Shown: positions 1-12,922 of the stretch, piece after piece
Position numbering within the stretch: position 1 is the first letter of the stretch
Layout of the letters: every line of letters starts with the position of its first letter
Source of the DNA: Macrostomum lignano
Lineage: Eukaryota
Length of the DNA: 64,000 nt
NCBI GenBank assembly: GCA_002269645.1
Contig: NIVC01000200.1
Coordinates: 558,001 to 622,000 of the forward strand
Reading direction: 5' to 3'
Made by a program: the position numbers and the translations under genes
The notes under the pieces: generated by a model
What the model was told of the DNA's origin: nothing
What the model saw: only the letters and a program-made list of their open reading frames with translations
Databases searched by the model: none

Positions 1-712
1 TCTCCCTGACCCTCTCTGTGCCTCCCTGACCCTCCTCTCCGTGCCTCCCTGACCCTCCTCTCCGTGCCTCCCTCCCTGACCCTCCTCTCCGTGCCTCCCT
101 CCCTGGCCCTCTCTGTGCCTCCATGACCCTCTCTGTGCCTCCATGACCCTCTCTGTGCCTCCATGACCCTCTCTGTGCCTCCATGACCCTCTCTGTGCCT
201 CTCTGACCCTCTCTGTGCCTCTCTGACCCTCTCTGTGCCTCCATGACCCTCTCTGTGCCTCTCTGACCCTCTCTGTGCCTCTCTGACCCTCTCTGTGCCT
301 CCATGACCCTCTCTGTGCCTCCATGACCCTCTCTGTGCCTCTCTGACCCTCTCTGTGCCTCTCTGACTCTCTATGTTCCTCCCTGGCCCTCTATGTGCCT
401 CCCTCACCCTCTCCGTGCCTCCCTCCCTGACCCTCTCTGTGCCTCCCTGACCCTCCTCTCCGTGCCTCCCTCCCTGACCCTCTCTGTGCCTCCCTGACCC
501 TCCTCTCCGTGCCTCCCTCCCTGACCCTCCTCTCCGTGCCTCCCTCCCTGACCCTCTCTGTGCCTCCCTGACCCTCCTCTCCGTGCCTGCCTCCATGACC
601 CTCTCCGTGCCTCCCTCCCTGACCCTCTCTGTGCCTCCCTGACCCTCCTCTCCGTGCCTGCCTCCATGGCCCTCTCCGTGCCTCCCTCCCTGACCCTCTC
701 TGTGCCTCCCTA
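1..712. repeat. CT-rich minisatellite, ~20-bp unit (CCATGACCCTCTCTGTGCCT and variants), truncated by the window start
   Basis: Exact 20-bp periodicity at 121-360, with longer variants on either side. ORF 404..667 is a repeat artefact. Confidence 0.95.
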
Positions 713-1759
713 CCTGACCCACATTCAGATCCTGCATTTTCGTAGACGTTCTAGCATACAGCATTGGTCCGGCCTGTTTTAAATTTCAAAAAGTGTACAC
801 AATTTTCTTATTTCTTGCCAAAAGCTATGACCATTACAATCGTATATAATAATGATCGCTAAAAGTTTAGATTGGCTTGCAATACGGTTCGTATAAATTT
901 TAAAGAAATTTAAATGCGTTCGACTGCAGTTCCAATACCATGATTAAGGATCTTATTTGCTGCTATTTTTTCTGTTAAACTGCTTGCGAAAAAAGAAGCT
1001 TTATGTAAGTCATTAGTGCAAAAAGTGGAATGCTTTCGAGGTCTGTTTTGACTTTACCCCCAAAAATTTCGGCGAAAAAAGAAGAACAAGAAGAACCGAG
1101 AAGTACAAGGCTGAAGAACCCCAATTTGACAGTCAGAATGTGAAGGATTCTTTGAAACAGGCCTTCAAAACTGTTTGATTCCTTGCTTTCGTTTGCCACT
1201 TGAAACTTTTGACAGATAGATATTCCTGTATGGAAGATCGCAGAAAGATTCGCAGGAATGAGGCCTGCTAAAGTCATTGCTATGTAGATGGCGTTCTTCT
1301 ATTTTCCGTGCTGTTGCCAATTTAAATGCTGAAAGTTCACGCAGTCAAGTTCCTCATCTGCTGAGCTAGTTCGATCTGTTAAACTATCCTTTTCCTCTCT
1401 TGATAAGTTGGCATCCGTACTCGTTCGCATTCGTTGCTAACCGAATCTAGTTTAATTTAACTGTCCGCCTGCCTCTGTATCTGGGGGCTAGTCTCTTGGG
1501 GGGCGAGGAGATGACTGAAACGAGTACTCGGGAAAAATTGATGCAAAGTTATCCGATTTTATATTGTACATTGGGCGTCCCGAGACAGTGTGAAGACTCA
1601 GTGAGCCTACTGCAGTACAGTACCGCTGGAAATTGTCTGATAAAGTAGCTTATATCAGTTAGTAATTTAAAATACAGTCGATTTATTTGTATTCACTAAT
1701 GAGAATGTAAAAGCGGCAATATAATCATTGTTTCAGCAGCATGTTATTAAAGTGCCCAT

Positions 1760-2482
1760 CCCGAAACCACTGGCAATTGTAACACTTAGGGTGCTGAGTA
1801 GGAAATACAATCCCGGGATCCCCATCAATTTAGTTGTTCTACTTTGATTTCTTAATCTTTCAAGCATGCAGGCTAGTGAGTAGAAGGCTGTAGGGCTGCA
1901 GAGATGCAAAACAGAAGCTGTAAAGGTGTAATAACGTAGAACTACCTTATGCAGTCCCTAACTTCAAAACTCCTTGGCCGTAGTGGGGATTAGAACAGTG
2001 GGACCTTGCTATCGCACCACAACCCAAGCTACCCATTCTTCATATAGGTCGGGTGTCCCTGGGAGGGTGAGGGCTGATCCCCTTCTACCCTGGTATCAGT
2101 GCCTCGGGCCATATAGTTCTGTAAGCTATCATTCTCCAGGTTGCATCACAATCAAGTGTGATTTTCCTGAGCTGATACCGGCATGTAAAAAAGCACGTCT
2201 AAAAGCACGCCAGCCCGTACATCACACGTCACACTCCAATTAAGAGCTCATTGTCAGTTTCTTGTTTGTAAAATATTTTATTCTGTTGTACTTTAATCAT
2301 TGAAAGCCCTTTAAAATCAGGTTGGATGGCTTCGTAAACCAAAATTACACCAACAAGAATTATAAACATTTTCGATCCCAGGATCCCGGCCCAATTCGTC
2401 GGGATCCCGGGATTGGCTAAGTCCGGGATATCCCGATCCCGAGAATCCCGGGATTGGCAAAACTCGGGATTTTGTAATCCAT
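1760..2482. mobile_element. Degenerate DNA-transposon (hAT-like/MITE) remnant with clustered ATCCCGGGAT palindromes
   Basis: Multiple ATCCCG/CGGGAT motifs at 1808-1823 and 2374-2470, ending in GGGATTTTGTAATCCATAG. Similar subterminal arrays occur in hAT-type elements. No transposase or TSD was identified. Confidence 0.35.
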
Positions 2483-3288
2483 AGCGCTGAGGCGAGAGAG
2501 AAGAGAGTTATTTATGACGAGAAGCTGGATTTAATCTGCCATTTGTTGGCCACAGGGTTTCGGGATGGAAACTTGAACATGTTGCTGGACTGACTGGACG
2601 CAGGCGATTGTCGAAAGCTAGCGGCTTCTGTAACTTGAGCGCGCACGTTAGCTTTGAACAAGAAGTTAATCAGTATATTTAGATTTCGACAAGAAGAAAT
2701 TCTAGTCAAGTTTTTTTAAGCGAAGCAAAATAGTTGGCATGCTGAATAGACGAGGCGTCGTGTTTTCTCTTATGTGTCGGTCAGCTCAGTTGCTAAGGGC
2801 TAATTAAAACTTATGCCTATGACTTCTTTTACAACATACGACTGAGAGTAGTTCGTTTGCACGTTAACTACAACTGTGGCAAGTAGAAAATGTAGTCTGC
2901 GCATAAAAATAAATTTTACTGTCAGGAGTTCTGAAATTGCGGAGGAGTTTTGACATTATATGGTAGCGTAGATTCATTGTGTAAGAAATGCCTATGAAAT
3001 TAGTGTTCAAAGAGTGCAACTCCTGTGTAACATCTGTGTGTAAAGTTTATGTGCAACACTAGTGAAAACACCTGTAACACACAAGTGTAATGCGTATAAA
3101 CATAAAGCATTGCATAGGTGGGGCCACACAGTTCAGAAACACGAAAACAGTAATTATATTAAGCCAAAATAAAGTACAAAGCTGAGAGCGCAAGATAGAT
3201 CAGATCATGTATATATAGATGTATAGATAGATCAAAATCTGTATAGATTTATATAGACTCTATAGTCTATAGGTGAGATTCTATAATC

Positions 3289-6200
3289 TTACAGTCGCGT
3301 CTCCTTGCCTATGCTAGCGCCGGTGCTACTATTAAGCAATCCATTGCCAGGGTCGCCAGCTGCGTTGCCTCTTAATCCCGACTGCAACAGCTGTCGCACA
3401 GTTGCTATGGCAGCATCCTCCTGGCTGTTGTTGCCAGTCAGTAGTCTGGGCTGTCTGTAGAGATTCGGATTGACAGAGTGATCGTAGGATTTACTTCGAC
3501 TTGGCGACTGTCGACTGTCGATTGATGCGGCCAGCTCGCCGTGACGTTTGCAACCGATTGGGCAGGTCAAGCTTTGGCCTTCGGCCTCGGCTACGCAGCT
3601 CCAAGTTTCGCGTCTTGTAGCTCCGCAAGCCCGCCTTGACCGAGTTAAACTGGGCAACTTTGCCAACAGCGCTCGGATATTATAGGATAGTATTATTAGT
3701 ATTATTTCTGCGAACTCGCACAGCGTAACCATGGATACGCCAATCCACAGGCCTGAAATACACAAGCAGGGGAGGCATAGATAGCATCGAAATCTAACGT
3801 ATTAAAAGTTTAAATTCCAAGTTGAGGTTATTGACACTAAATAAATATTGCTACTCAGTTGCACCTCAGTTCCAACTGTTAAACTGTAACATATCTGCCT
3901 GTACAAGGTATGAACTGACTTTAGCTAATGGCTTATTACAAGAGAGATTCATATCTCTGAAATTTTAAATCTCCGAAAAGCAGCTTCTTTCACAACTCCG
4001 ACCCTTCATATCTCCGTTAGACTCATGGTTAGGGTTAAGCATGTCGGAGATGTGAATCGGAGATATGAAATGTTATAGATACGAAGTATCGGAGATGTGA
4101 AGTGTTGAGAACTTGGAAATAAATGTCGGAGATATGAAGTGTTAGAAATATGGAGTGTTGAATAAATGAAGTGTCAGAGATATGAAGTGTCGGAGATTGA
4201 AGTGTCGGAAATATGAAAGAGGGGCTATCGGAGATATGAAATGATAGAGATATAAAGTGTCGGAGACATAAAGTGTCGGAGACATAAAGTGTCGGAGACA
4301 TAAAGCGTCGGAGACATAAAGTGTCGGAGACATAAAGTGTCGGAGACATAAAGTGTCGGAGACATAAAGTGTCTGAGACATAAAGTGTCGGAGACATAAA
4401 GTGTCGGAGACATAAAATGTCGGAGATATGAACTGTGTCGGAGATATGAAGTGCCGGAAACATGAAAGAAGGGCCGGTGGAGATATGAAAACACCCCTTA
4501 TCACTATAATCAAAACTCCAATAGGCTGGCAATCGTTATTCGCCCTTAAACCACCGTAGACATTTTTAATTTTTACTTCCTGTACAGGCGTCGATTTAAA
4601 TCAATCTACCAAAAAAATAATTGCCCTTATTTCCTGACACCAATTCAGTGCTGCAAGTGGCTTTGCTTACCCATGATTCCGCCTAAATCAGAGAATAGAT
4701 TCACCAATTCGTAGCTTCTTTCCTCAAACAGTTGTCTGACAGTGAGCGTCTTCGGGTACACGCGCAACTGCAGGAAGCACTGTCTAATAATGTTGTGCAC
4801 CTGGTTGCAATAAGTATCGTTTCTAAACTTGTTGCTCTTCAGATTGAGCTCATTCACCATGCAGTGACTAAGATTTAAATTATGCGACGCAATCGAGTGA
4901 TTAAGCGCGTGATTGTTTGTTATATTCCTGTTCAAGCTGTCCACTCGATTTTTTAACATTTGAGCAATTCTTGCTAGTCGTATATTGGCACCTCGAATCT
5001 CTAGGCTGAGGTCGGGCCAACGGCTTTGAAATACTGAGAAGTCGTACGTTGTGTACTTGCACATGTTGAGGCACTTGGACTGGCTGCGACCAGACCTAAG
5101 CTCGGGCAGTGCGCAGCGAAGACTTTTTAACCTTTGTTTGACCTCATTGTGAAACTCGTGCTCTAAAGCTGCTGAGATGGCTTGCTTCTCGTGCATTGGC
5201 AGGTTATTGTAGGCTAGCATGTTCAATTGATTATTGCGAGGGTTTATTAAATCGTTTCGATTCTTTCTCAGAAATTCCACCATATTTTTTATCAGCTTAA
5301 TCGTTCTCTCGGGATTTTGAGCGCCCATAATGTCGTGACAAAAATTGATTCGTCGCTCGCCGCTTCCGTAAGTTTCCGTTGGTACCGGGCCTTCTATGGT
5401 GCAGTTGCACTTGTCTCTGACTCGCTTCATGTGCTCAAATGTTGTGCAGTCGGTTAATTGCTTCTCGTAGCTCTGTGTGTTTCTGTAGTAAGCAAATACG
5501 AAAATTAGAAACTCAATCGATATTTGCTTAGAGTAACATTGCAACGATGCTAAATACCATTTCATTAAAAGTCTTGTAGTGTAAGGCTTTTAAACGAAGA
5601 ATTTTCATTGGGTTAATACTGAAAATTACCATGGAAAGTCATTTTCACATTTTTTATTTCTCACCTATCACCTACTCACCCTAAAATGTGATCGTAAGCA
5701 TGGAATCTGGTCCTTGGCTCGCATTGTTTTGTTGGCGTATTAGCCAGACTAGTTTGCACCTGGTTCAGAGCCAGCACAGTTTGCATACCGCTTGGCGAGT
5801 TGATGCCGTACTCGCTTGGATACGGGATCGTGTCCTGTTAAAATGAAAGATATTATTTAATTTCTATTGCTGTCTATGTACGATTTGAAAAAAAATAAAT
5901 ACATCATAATTTACCTTCTGATGGACCACAACTCTGAGTCCGCCTGTCTCTAGTCCAGTAGTAACAATATTGCTGTACCAGTCATTGTTCTGAATATGGT
6001 CAACGCTCGGGCTGTAGAGGACTAATACTAAGCCTTTTTCAACTCCGCTGGACTTCATCAGCCTGTTGTGCGGCTTGAATGAAAAGCAGTTGCCGTAGTC
6101 GCGATGATAAAACACTTTGAAGTCTTTTTCGCTGCAAGTTTCCTGATTGTATTGGCAGAAGACCAGCATGTCTAGCATTCTAGCGCTCACTTCGGTCATG

Positions 6201-6697
6201 TTGAAAATTGGCCAAGTGTGCACCGCGTGTTCGAAGCTGGCGTAGGCCATCTTTGTTGCCTGCACCGAGATGGCCTCGTCTGATTGATTGCTGTTTTTAT
6301 TATTGGCAAATTGCATAGCCATCATGTAGCTGAGCACGAAATAGTTCAATATCGACTCGTTGCTGCGCCGCAAATCGCTCGACTGTTTGCGTAGAAACTT
6401 TTTCATTAACGGATCGCATATTGTCACGTCTGGAAATGTGAACTTGTTAGTTAGTAGCCGGGTTGTGCTGGACACTGGATAGTCGCGAAACAGACTAATC
6501 TGCTTGTAAGTGTGCATTGTCAGTCCTGTAAGCGCGCCCATTACAACTACTATCCATAGTAGTCTCAGCCAAGGTATCTGCTGAGAGAAGAATCTACTAA
6601 GACCATGAGCCGATGTCCTACTGGCAAAGCTGTGTATGTTGGCAAACAGTACACGACGTCTGTACCGGTCGCTGCTCTTGTTTATGTCCCGATCCAT
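3289..6697 (-). CDS. DEG/ENaC (amiloride-sensitive) sodium channel subunit, 737 aa, 4 exons
   Basis: Exons 6697-5915, 5834-5680, 5482-4671 and 3752-3289, all GT-AG with matching phases 0/2/1, total 2214 nt. Motifs: N-terminal TSAHG, TM1, FPDVTIC, CQYNQETC..DF..YGNCFSF, GLRVVVH, Cys-rich thumb, and pre-TM2/TM2 LFSDLGGIMGLWIGVS (GxS filter). Confidence 0.93.
4035..4490. repeat. 16-bp minisatellite (AAGTGTCGGAGACATA) in ENaC intron 3
   Basis: Perfect copies at 4250-4410, with degenerate 16-18-bp copies on both sides. Confidence 0.9.
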
Positions 6698-8282
6698 CTG
6701 AGCTTTCGAGAGTCGACAGTGTTACAGAAAAGTCAAGCGAACTTGAACATGCCTTCTTTTGTGTAATATCAACCTTGACAGAGTGGCCTTGGTGAATTAA
6801 AAACTAGAGCAAAACAATATAGTTTTAAAAATCCTTATCAGCCTCTTCTTGGTTAGGATTTTTATTAGCTCTAGAAGTTTTGGTGGATCTAGGCCAACTG
6901 CAGACTGGCCGCTATTGGCTGGCTTTTGGCAGCGCATACTGCTGAATTTGTGGTTAACAGTCGGTTTCTAGGCTGTAGCCAATAACTGTTACGCTAGACT
7001 AGCGCTGCCAGATCCCCTTTTTCTATTCCCTATTTTATCCAAACTACTTTAGAGCGTATATATATGGCTAGAATCTCCCAGGCGAAGATTCGAATCATAA
7101 TAAAAAATCAATCGTTTTTATCGACATTTTGTTGGATATTCTTTAAAAGTCTTTAACAATAGTTTTAACTACTTCCGCATACTTATACTCTCTGCGGCTT
7201 AGACAGCTTATAAAATTCTAAGAAAAAGTGCTAATTTACCAATATAATCTACTAGATTTTTTGTGATCTTTTTTCCTTCTCTCTCGGAGTTGTATCTTAA
7301 AACTGGATTTACATGTGGTTAGTCGGAATACAAATTAGTTCTACGCAACTCAATATTGTTCAAGTCTCTGTAAAGCAGCCAACGAAACTAAATCGATATC
7401 TCCAGTCGATTGGTTCTTATGCAGCCTTTCGCGTCTTCACGAACTGAGACCGCTTCTTGTTAATTGGAAGCACTCGCTTCAGACTGATTGAGATTGTGGT
7501 AGACGAAATACTAATTTTTATACAATTTGTTACATTAAATATGGTTCTCAAAATGTTCTAAATGTCAATTAGGTGGCTCTGAGACACTTAGACACTGTCA
7601 CAAGGTTCACAGCGGCTCTGGCATTTATTAGACATCTTTACACACTCAATGTTTTTGGATTTAGGGAGTTTAGCTGAGATTTAAACTAAACTAATCTACC
7701 CATTAAAACGTTTTCACACTTTGCTACTGATTATAAATTGCTAGTAGTACAAATAGTATATAAAAAGTGGAACAATAAAAATCGCAACACTATCTCAAAT
7801 AACTTGCAGAAGCTCCATTCGCGATTCCTGCGTTACAGAATTCGACGTCACCGATCGTAAAGCTTTTCCAACTCTGCACTTTGCAAGAGTTAAGAGTTTC
7901 ACTCGCGAATGCGAAGACTGTCATCTTTGATTAGATTTTTTCCTGACTAACAATGACGATATGTAGCGTTTCGCGTATTTGGTTTCCCTCCCCCCATAAT
8001 GTTGAATATGAAAGCTTTTTACTCGTAAATCAATCAGCTAGAATCAGTTCAAGTTTCTGTAAATGATATTTTCTTGACTAATCGTTCTGTTGACAAACGA
8101 CTGTCTGTGGCGAAGCTCTTGATAAGTTGATAAGTTAAGCCCAACCAAGTTAAGAATTTCTATTTGGCAGCATTAGATTATTTGGTCTTGCTCATAGACA
8201 TAGTCGAAAAACAACCAAATTGATAGTTCGGCCATAGACAGCATCAACATCAAGAAGGATGCCAGCAACAACCTCTCATCAA

Positions 8283-8284
<2 letters not shown>

Positions 8285-8355
<71 letters not shown>
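8285..8355. repeat. (CT)n microsatellite
   Basis: Direct inspection. Confidence 0.95.
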
Positions 8356-8357
<2 letters not shown>

Positions 8358-9015
8358 CTTGGTTTTCTTAATAATCTAGTAACTTGTCTGACAAAAGCTA
8401 TATTGATTATCACTTTTTTCATCGTACTTGAACATAATTTGCGCTTATAATTTACCATAATATTGATTTGCTCATTTACTATTTTCAAACCTACATATAC
8501 ACTTATTTCTCGTCTTATGATTTTTTGCATTTCATCTATCTTGTACCTGTGACTAGCAGAATTAAATAGCATATAAAATTAACTTGTGTACAAAGTGAGC
8601 TATTTCATTAAAGAAAGCTTCATTTTCATTTTCGTTGTTGTTTATGCTTGTTTTAGCTAGCGATAAATTATTATCTAGGAATCAATGGTACTATTTATAT
8701 GTACTTTTACTTATATCCTTGTTTTGTGTGCTGTGACCTAGGTACTATTAATTAATAATTGATTTGTAACCTAGCTACTTTATTTCTTTGATTTTTTAAG
8801 TCAAGTTATTTCAAATCTACTCATTTAATTAAAAATATTCTTCGAACTATCTAAGCTAAATTATTTGTGTATTTTTTTTGTACATGTACGAGTGCGTGCC
8901 TTGTCTAGTGCTCAGGTGAAGCTGTGTCACTTATCCTTGAAAATATATATTCAGCATTAAAGTCGGAAGCGCCTATACGGAGGCATTTGCATCTTTCCTT
9001 TTTTTAAATTTCTTC

Positions 9016-9512
9016 CAGTGTACACTCGTCTGCCCGCGACCAACTCCCCTCGAACCCCTCATTCCCTGCAGTGTACACTCGTCTGCCCGCGACCAACTCC
9101 CCTCAAACCCCTCATTCCCTGCAGTGTACACTCGTCTGCCCGCGACCAACTCCCCTCAAACCCCTCATTCCCTGCAGTGTACACTCGTCTGCCCGCGACC
9201 AACTCCCCTCGAACCCCTCATTCCCTGCAGTGTACACTCGTCTGCCCGCGACCAACTCCCCTAAAACCCCTCATTCCCTGCAGTGTACACTCGTCTGCCC
9301 GCGACCAACTCCCCTCGAACCCCTCATTCCCTGCAGTGTACACTCGTCTGCCCGCGACCAACTCCCCTAAAACCCCTCATTCCCTGCAGTGTACACTCGT
9401 CTGCCCGCGACCAACTCCCCTCAAACCCCTCATTCCCTGCAGTGTACACTCGTCTGCCCGCGACCAGCTCCCCTCAAACCCCTCATTCCCTGCAGTGTAC
9501 ACTCGTCTGCCC
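9016..9512 (+). repeat. 53-bp tandem array (9 full units plus 20 bp) immediately 5' of the PYM1 start codon; each unit carries a pyrimidine tract followed by CAG
   Basis: Unit CAGTGTACACTCGTCTGCCCGCGACCAACTCCCCTCGAACCCCTCATTCCCTG, with starts at 9016, 9069 ... 9493. Confidence 0.95.
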
Positions 9513-9521
9513 ATCGAAGTG

Positions 9522-11304
9522 ATGTCAACCGGCAACTCTACCGTGGGAATCCAACGCGAAGGCGTTGTCCGAGCGGCCGACGGTCAGCTGATAATTCCGG
9601 CCAGCCAGAGGCCGGACGGTTCCTGGCGCAAGCCGGTGCGCGTTCGCGAAGGCTACATACCCCAGGAGGAGGTGCCGCTCTACAAGACTCGGGCGGCTCA
9701 ACAACGCAAAGCAGAGGCGGCGGCCGCTGCCGCGGTCCCACCGCCGTTACGTATCATCCCGAAGGAGGCTCCGGCAGCGACGTCGGCAGCTGGCGATGCT
9801 TTAATAGCGTCGTCTTCGTCGGCAAAGGCGGCTCGAAGGAAGCGACAGAAGCAGCAACAGCAGCAGCAACAACAGTCTCAACCGGCTGCCCCCAGCCAAT
9901 CAGCATCTGGGGCTAAGCCACAGCAACCGCAAGCTTCCGAGACAAATTCCGAATGGAGCGAGTCGACTGGCAAGCGGAAGCAGAAACAACAGCAACAACA
10001 GGTAGATTGCATTTTTCAGAAGCAATTGTTAATTTGCATATTTCATATTTCCATTAATCCTGACGCCAGCTCTGTCTGTCACGTTGGCTCTTAAGACCTC
10101 ACTGTCTCTCCTGACACCTCACTGTCTCTCCCTGACACCTCACTGTCTCTCCTGACACCTCACTGTCTCTCCTGACACCTCACTGTCTCTCCTGACACCT
10201 CACTGTCTCTCCTGACACCTCACTGTCTCCCCCTGACACCTCATTGTCTCTTCTGACACCTCATTGTCTCCCCCTGACACCTCACTGTCTCCCCCTGACA
10301 CCTCACTGTCTCTCCCTGACACCTCACTGTCTCTCCTGACACCTCACTGTCTCTCCTGACACCTCACTGTCTCTCCTGACACCTCACTGTCTCTCCTGAC
10401 ACCTCACTGTCTCTCCCTGACACCTCACTGTCTCTCCTGACACCTCACTGTCTCTCCTGACACCTCACTGTCTCCCCCTGACACCTCATTGTCTCTTCTG
10501 ACACCTCATTGTCTCCCCCTGACACCTCACTGTCTCCCCCTGACACCTCACTGTCTCTCCCTGACACCTCACTGTCTCTCCTGACACCTCACTGTCTCTC
10601 CTGACACCTCACTGTCTCTCCTGACACCTCACTGTCTCTCCTGACACCTCACTGTCTCTCCTGACACCTCACTGTCTCTCCTGACACCTCACTGTCTCTC
10701 CTGACACCTCACTGTCTCTCCCTGACACCTCATTGTCTCTTCTGACACCTCACTGTCTCTCCCTGACACCTCACTGTCTCTCCCTGACACCTCACTGTCT
10801 CTCCTGACACCTCACTGTCTCTCCTGACACCTCACTGTCTCTCCTGACACCTCACTGTCTCTCCTGACACCTCACTGTCTCTCCTGACACCTCACTGTCT
10901 CTCCTGACACCTCACTGTCTCTCCTGACACCTCACTGTCTCTCCTGACACCTCACTGTCTCTCCCTGACACCTCATTAACTTCCAATGACACTTTATTTA
11001 CTTTCCTGACACCCTGTCATCGCACTGTAATAACGTCCACTGTCGCCGATATTTTTAGCCTCAACCACAGCAGCAGCCGAAACAGCAGCAACAGGAGCCG
11101 CAAAAGCAGCAACAGCAGCAGCAAGTGCAAGAAGACAACAAGCAGCAGATTCGCAAACTGCAAAAGAAACTGCGTCAAATCGAAGCCCTGGAAGCCCGCC
11201 TGGCTGACGGCAGCGTCTCTAAACCCGATGCTGATCAAGAAAAGAAGCTGGCTAGCAAACTGAATTTGATGCAGCAGCTGGAGAAGCTGAAATTGACCGA
11301 TTGA
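9522..11304 (+). CDS. PYM1: Partner of Y14 and Mago (PYM/wibg), exon-junction-complex disassembly factor, ~241 aa, 2 coding exons
   Basis: Exon 9522-10001 contains the Mago-binding motif [32 protein letters not shown] phase-0 GT-AG intron leads to exon 11059-11304, with the C-terminal [16 protein letters not shown]...PDADQEKKL helix. Confidence 0.93.
10095..10976. repeat. 20/21-bp minisatellite (CCTGACACCTCACTGTCTCT) filling the PYM1 intron
   Basis: More than 40 near-perfect copies with exact 20-bp periodicity. Confidence 0.95.
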
Positions 11305-11416
11305 CAGAGTCGTTTCACAGTTGCAGACAATAAAACATCTTAAGTTAACTTCTAGACGACTCTTTGACGAACAGATTTTTGGTGACTTGTACCGCGATAT
11401 CTCGTCACGACTCTGA

Positions 11417-11672
11417 GGCTCGTGGTTGTAACCTAGTGGTCAGAGCCTCTGACTCACGACTTGAAGGTCGGGGATTCGACTCCCGATCCCACTGGAACAA
11501 TTTGTGTCCTTGAGCAAGACACTTAACCCTGCATTGCTTCAGTTCACCCAGCTGTAAAATGGGTGCCAGCATTAGCTGGGGAAATTGAGGGTGTGTGTGG
11601 CGACCCCCCAGTCCTTGGACTGAACAGCCGTACGCAGCCTTCAGATTAGGGCAGATGTAATCAATTATTATT
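11417..11672 (+). mobile_element. tRNA-derived SINE with a CORE-like central domain
   Basis: tRNA-like head with A-box (ACCTAGTGG) and B-box (GGATTCGACTCC). The segment CTTGAGCAAGACACTTAACC..TCAGTTCACCCAGCTGTAAAATGGG aligns by eye with the MIR CORE consensus. Short (ATT)n tail. Confidence 0.7.
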
Positions 11673-12074
11673 AATATTTCTGAGGGGGGCCCAAGCGACT
11701 CTGGGACTTTGATTACTTTGAATTGCAGCGTGTGCTTTACTTGTGTAATTAATTTAATCCTAATTTAATTGTCTTATTGTTAATATCTCAGTGAATAGCA
11801 ATTGGTATTTCTATTTATCCTACTATTGTATTGTAAGTAGCATGTTTTGATGATTATTTATAGTTCAATTATGTTTATGTTGCTGTTTTAAGCTGTGCTG
11901 CAAGCTGTCAGAGTGATGCTGTCATTAACTTATAAAAATTACATCAATTTCAAATGCATCTGTACTATATCTATGCTGTTGTTGATGTCTGTCTTTAAAC
12001 AGAAAATCGATTTTTGTGGCTATGAAAAAGTGTATTTGATGTTTTATTTCTTTATTGCATATTTCAATATAATT

Positions 12075-12252
12075 CTAGGTCATCCTTTAGTAGCCAGTGG
12101 ACACCCTAGTGACCTGTCCTTGAGAAACCAGTGGACACCCCAGTTACCTGTCCTTTAGTGACCAGTGGACATCACAGTTACCTGTCCTTTAGTGACCAAT
12201 AGACATCCTAGTTACCTGTCCAGCCAATGGACACACACGAGTAGTACCTGTC
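12075..12252. repeat. Degenerate ~33-bp tandem repeat (..CCAGTGGACACCC..AGTTACCTGTCCTTTAG..), about 5 copies
   Basis: Repeated GTGGACAC and ACCTGTCC blocks. Confidence 0.7.
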
Positions 12253-12569
12253 CTTGCAGCATTGCAGCATTACAATCTACATACAATCTGCAAGCTAGAT
12301 TTCCAGATAATAAATATTAAAATTTTCAAAGTTCGAGCCGATAAGGAGACCAATTAAAATTGTGCTGCGAATTTAAACTTGTTTTGCTTTTCAAAATCGA
12401 ACAGTGAAAAGTGAAAAATTACACGAACACCTTGCCACCAAATACTAGCTGTTGGAAAGGAAAACATTGAAACACTTCTAGTCTCGATTTTTAACAGGAT
12501 ATCTTGTCGCGAGTTGCTTCGTCTCTGTGTGCTCACTAAAGTGCTGCTTTACACATGCATATGTTTTAG

Positions 12570-12922
12570 TTTTTAATTAGAGGCGGGGGTGCTAGGAGCA
12601 CTTCAAGCGACATTGTCACACAACCGGCGAGAGGCATTACTGCCCATTCTGCCGACTCCCCTGAGCAGGCACACAAGCGCGCGGATACGTACGCAGGCAC
12701 ACACTCACACAGGAGTGTACAGCGGCCCTAACTTTATTTATCGTTAGGCATGTACACTTCACTGCGCCTTGGGGGTTGGCCCTCCAGGCCGTTAATTGCA
12801 CGAGCAGAGCCAAGCCGAGATTCCAATTCAGCCCCAAATTAATGTGACTGCACTTGGAATCGAGCCTGGGCCGCTGGCACACCAGAGCGCCGTGCTAGAC
12901 CGCTGGGCTACGCCCCCCCCCC
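12570..12922 (-). mobile_element. tRNA-derived SINE, family B, copy 1
   Basis: On the minus strand it starts GGGGGCGTAGCCCAGCGG (A-box) ... GGCTCGATTCC (B-box) and ends in an A-rich tail. A closely similar second copy lies at 56871-57230. Confidence 0.8.

Noticed and set aside
1860-2240. Possible degenerate SINE or ribozyme-like segment (ORF 1974..2243)
   Set aside because: Only a weak B-box-like motif on the minus strand, no hammerhead or HDV core found by eye, and no second copy in the window.
11417-11492. tRNA genes at 11417 and at the heads of 12570-12922 and 56871-57230
   Set aside because: Cloverleaves are imperfect and each continues into a SINE body and tail.
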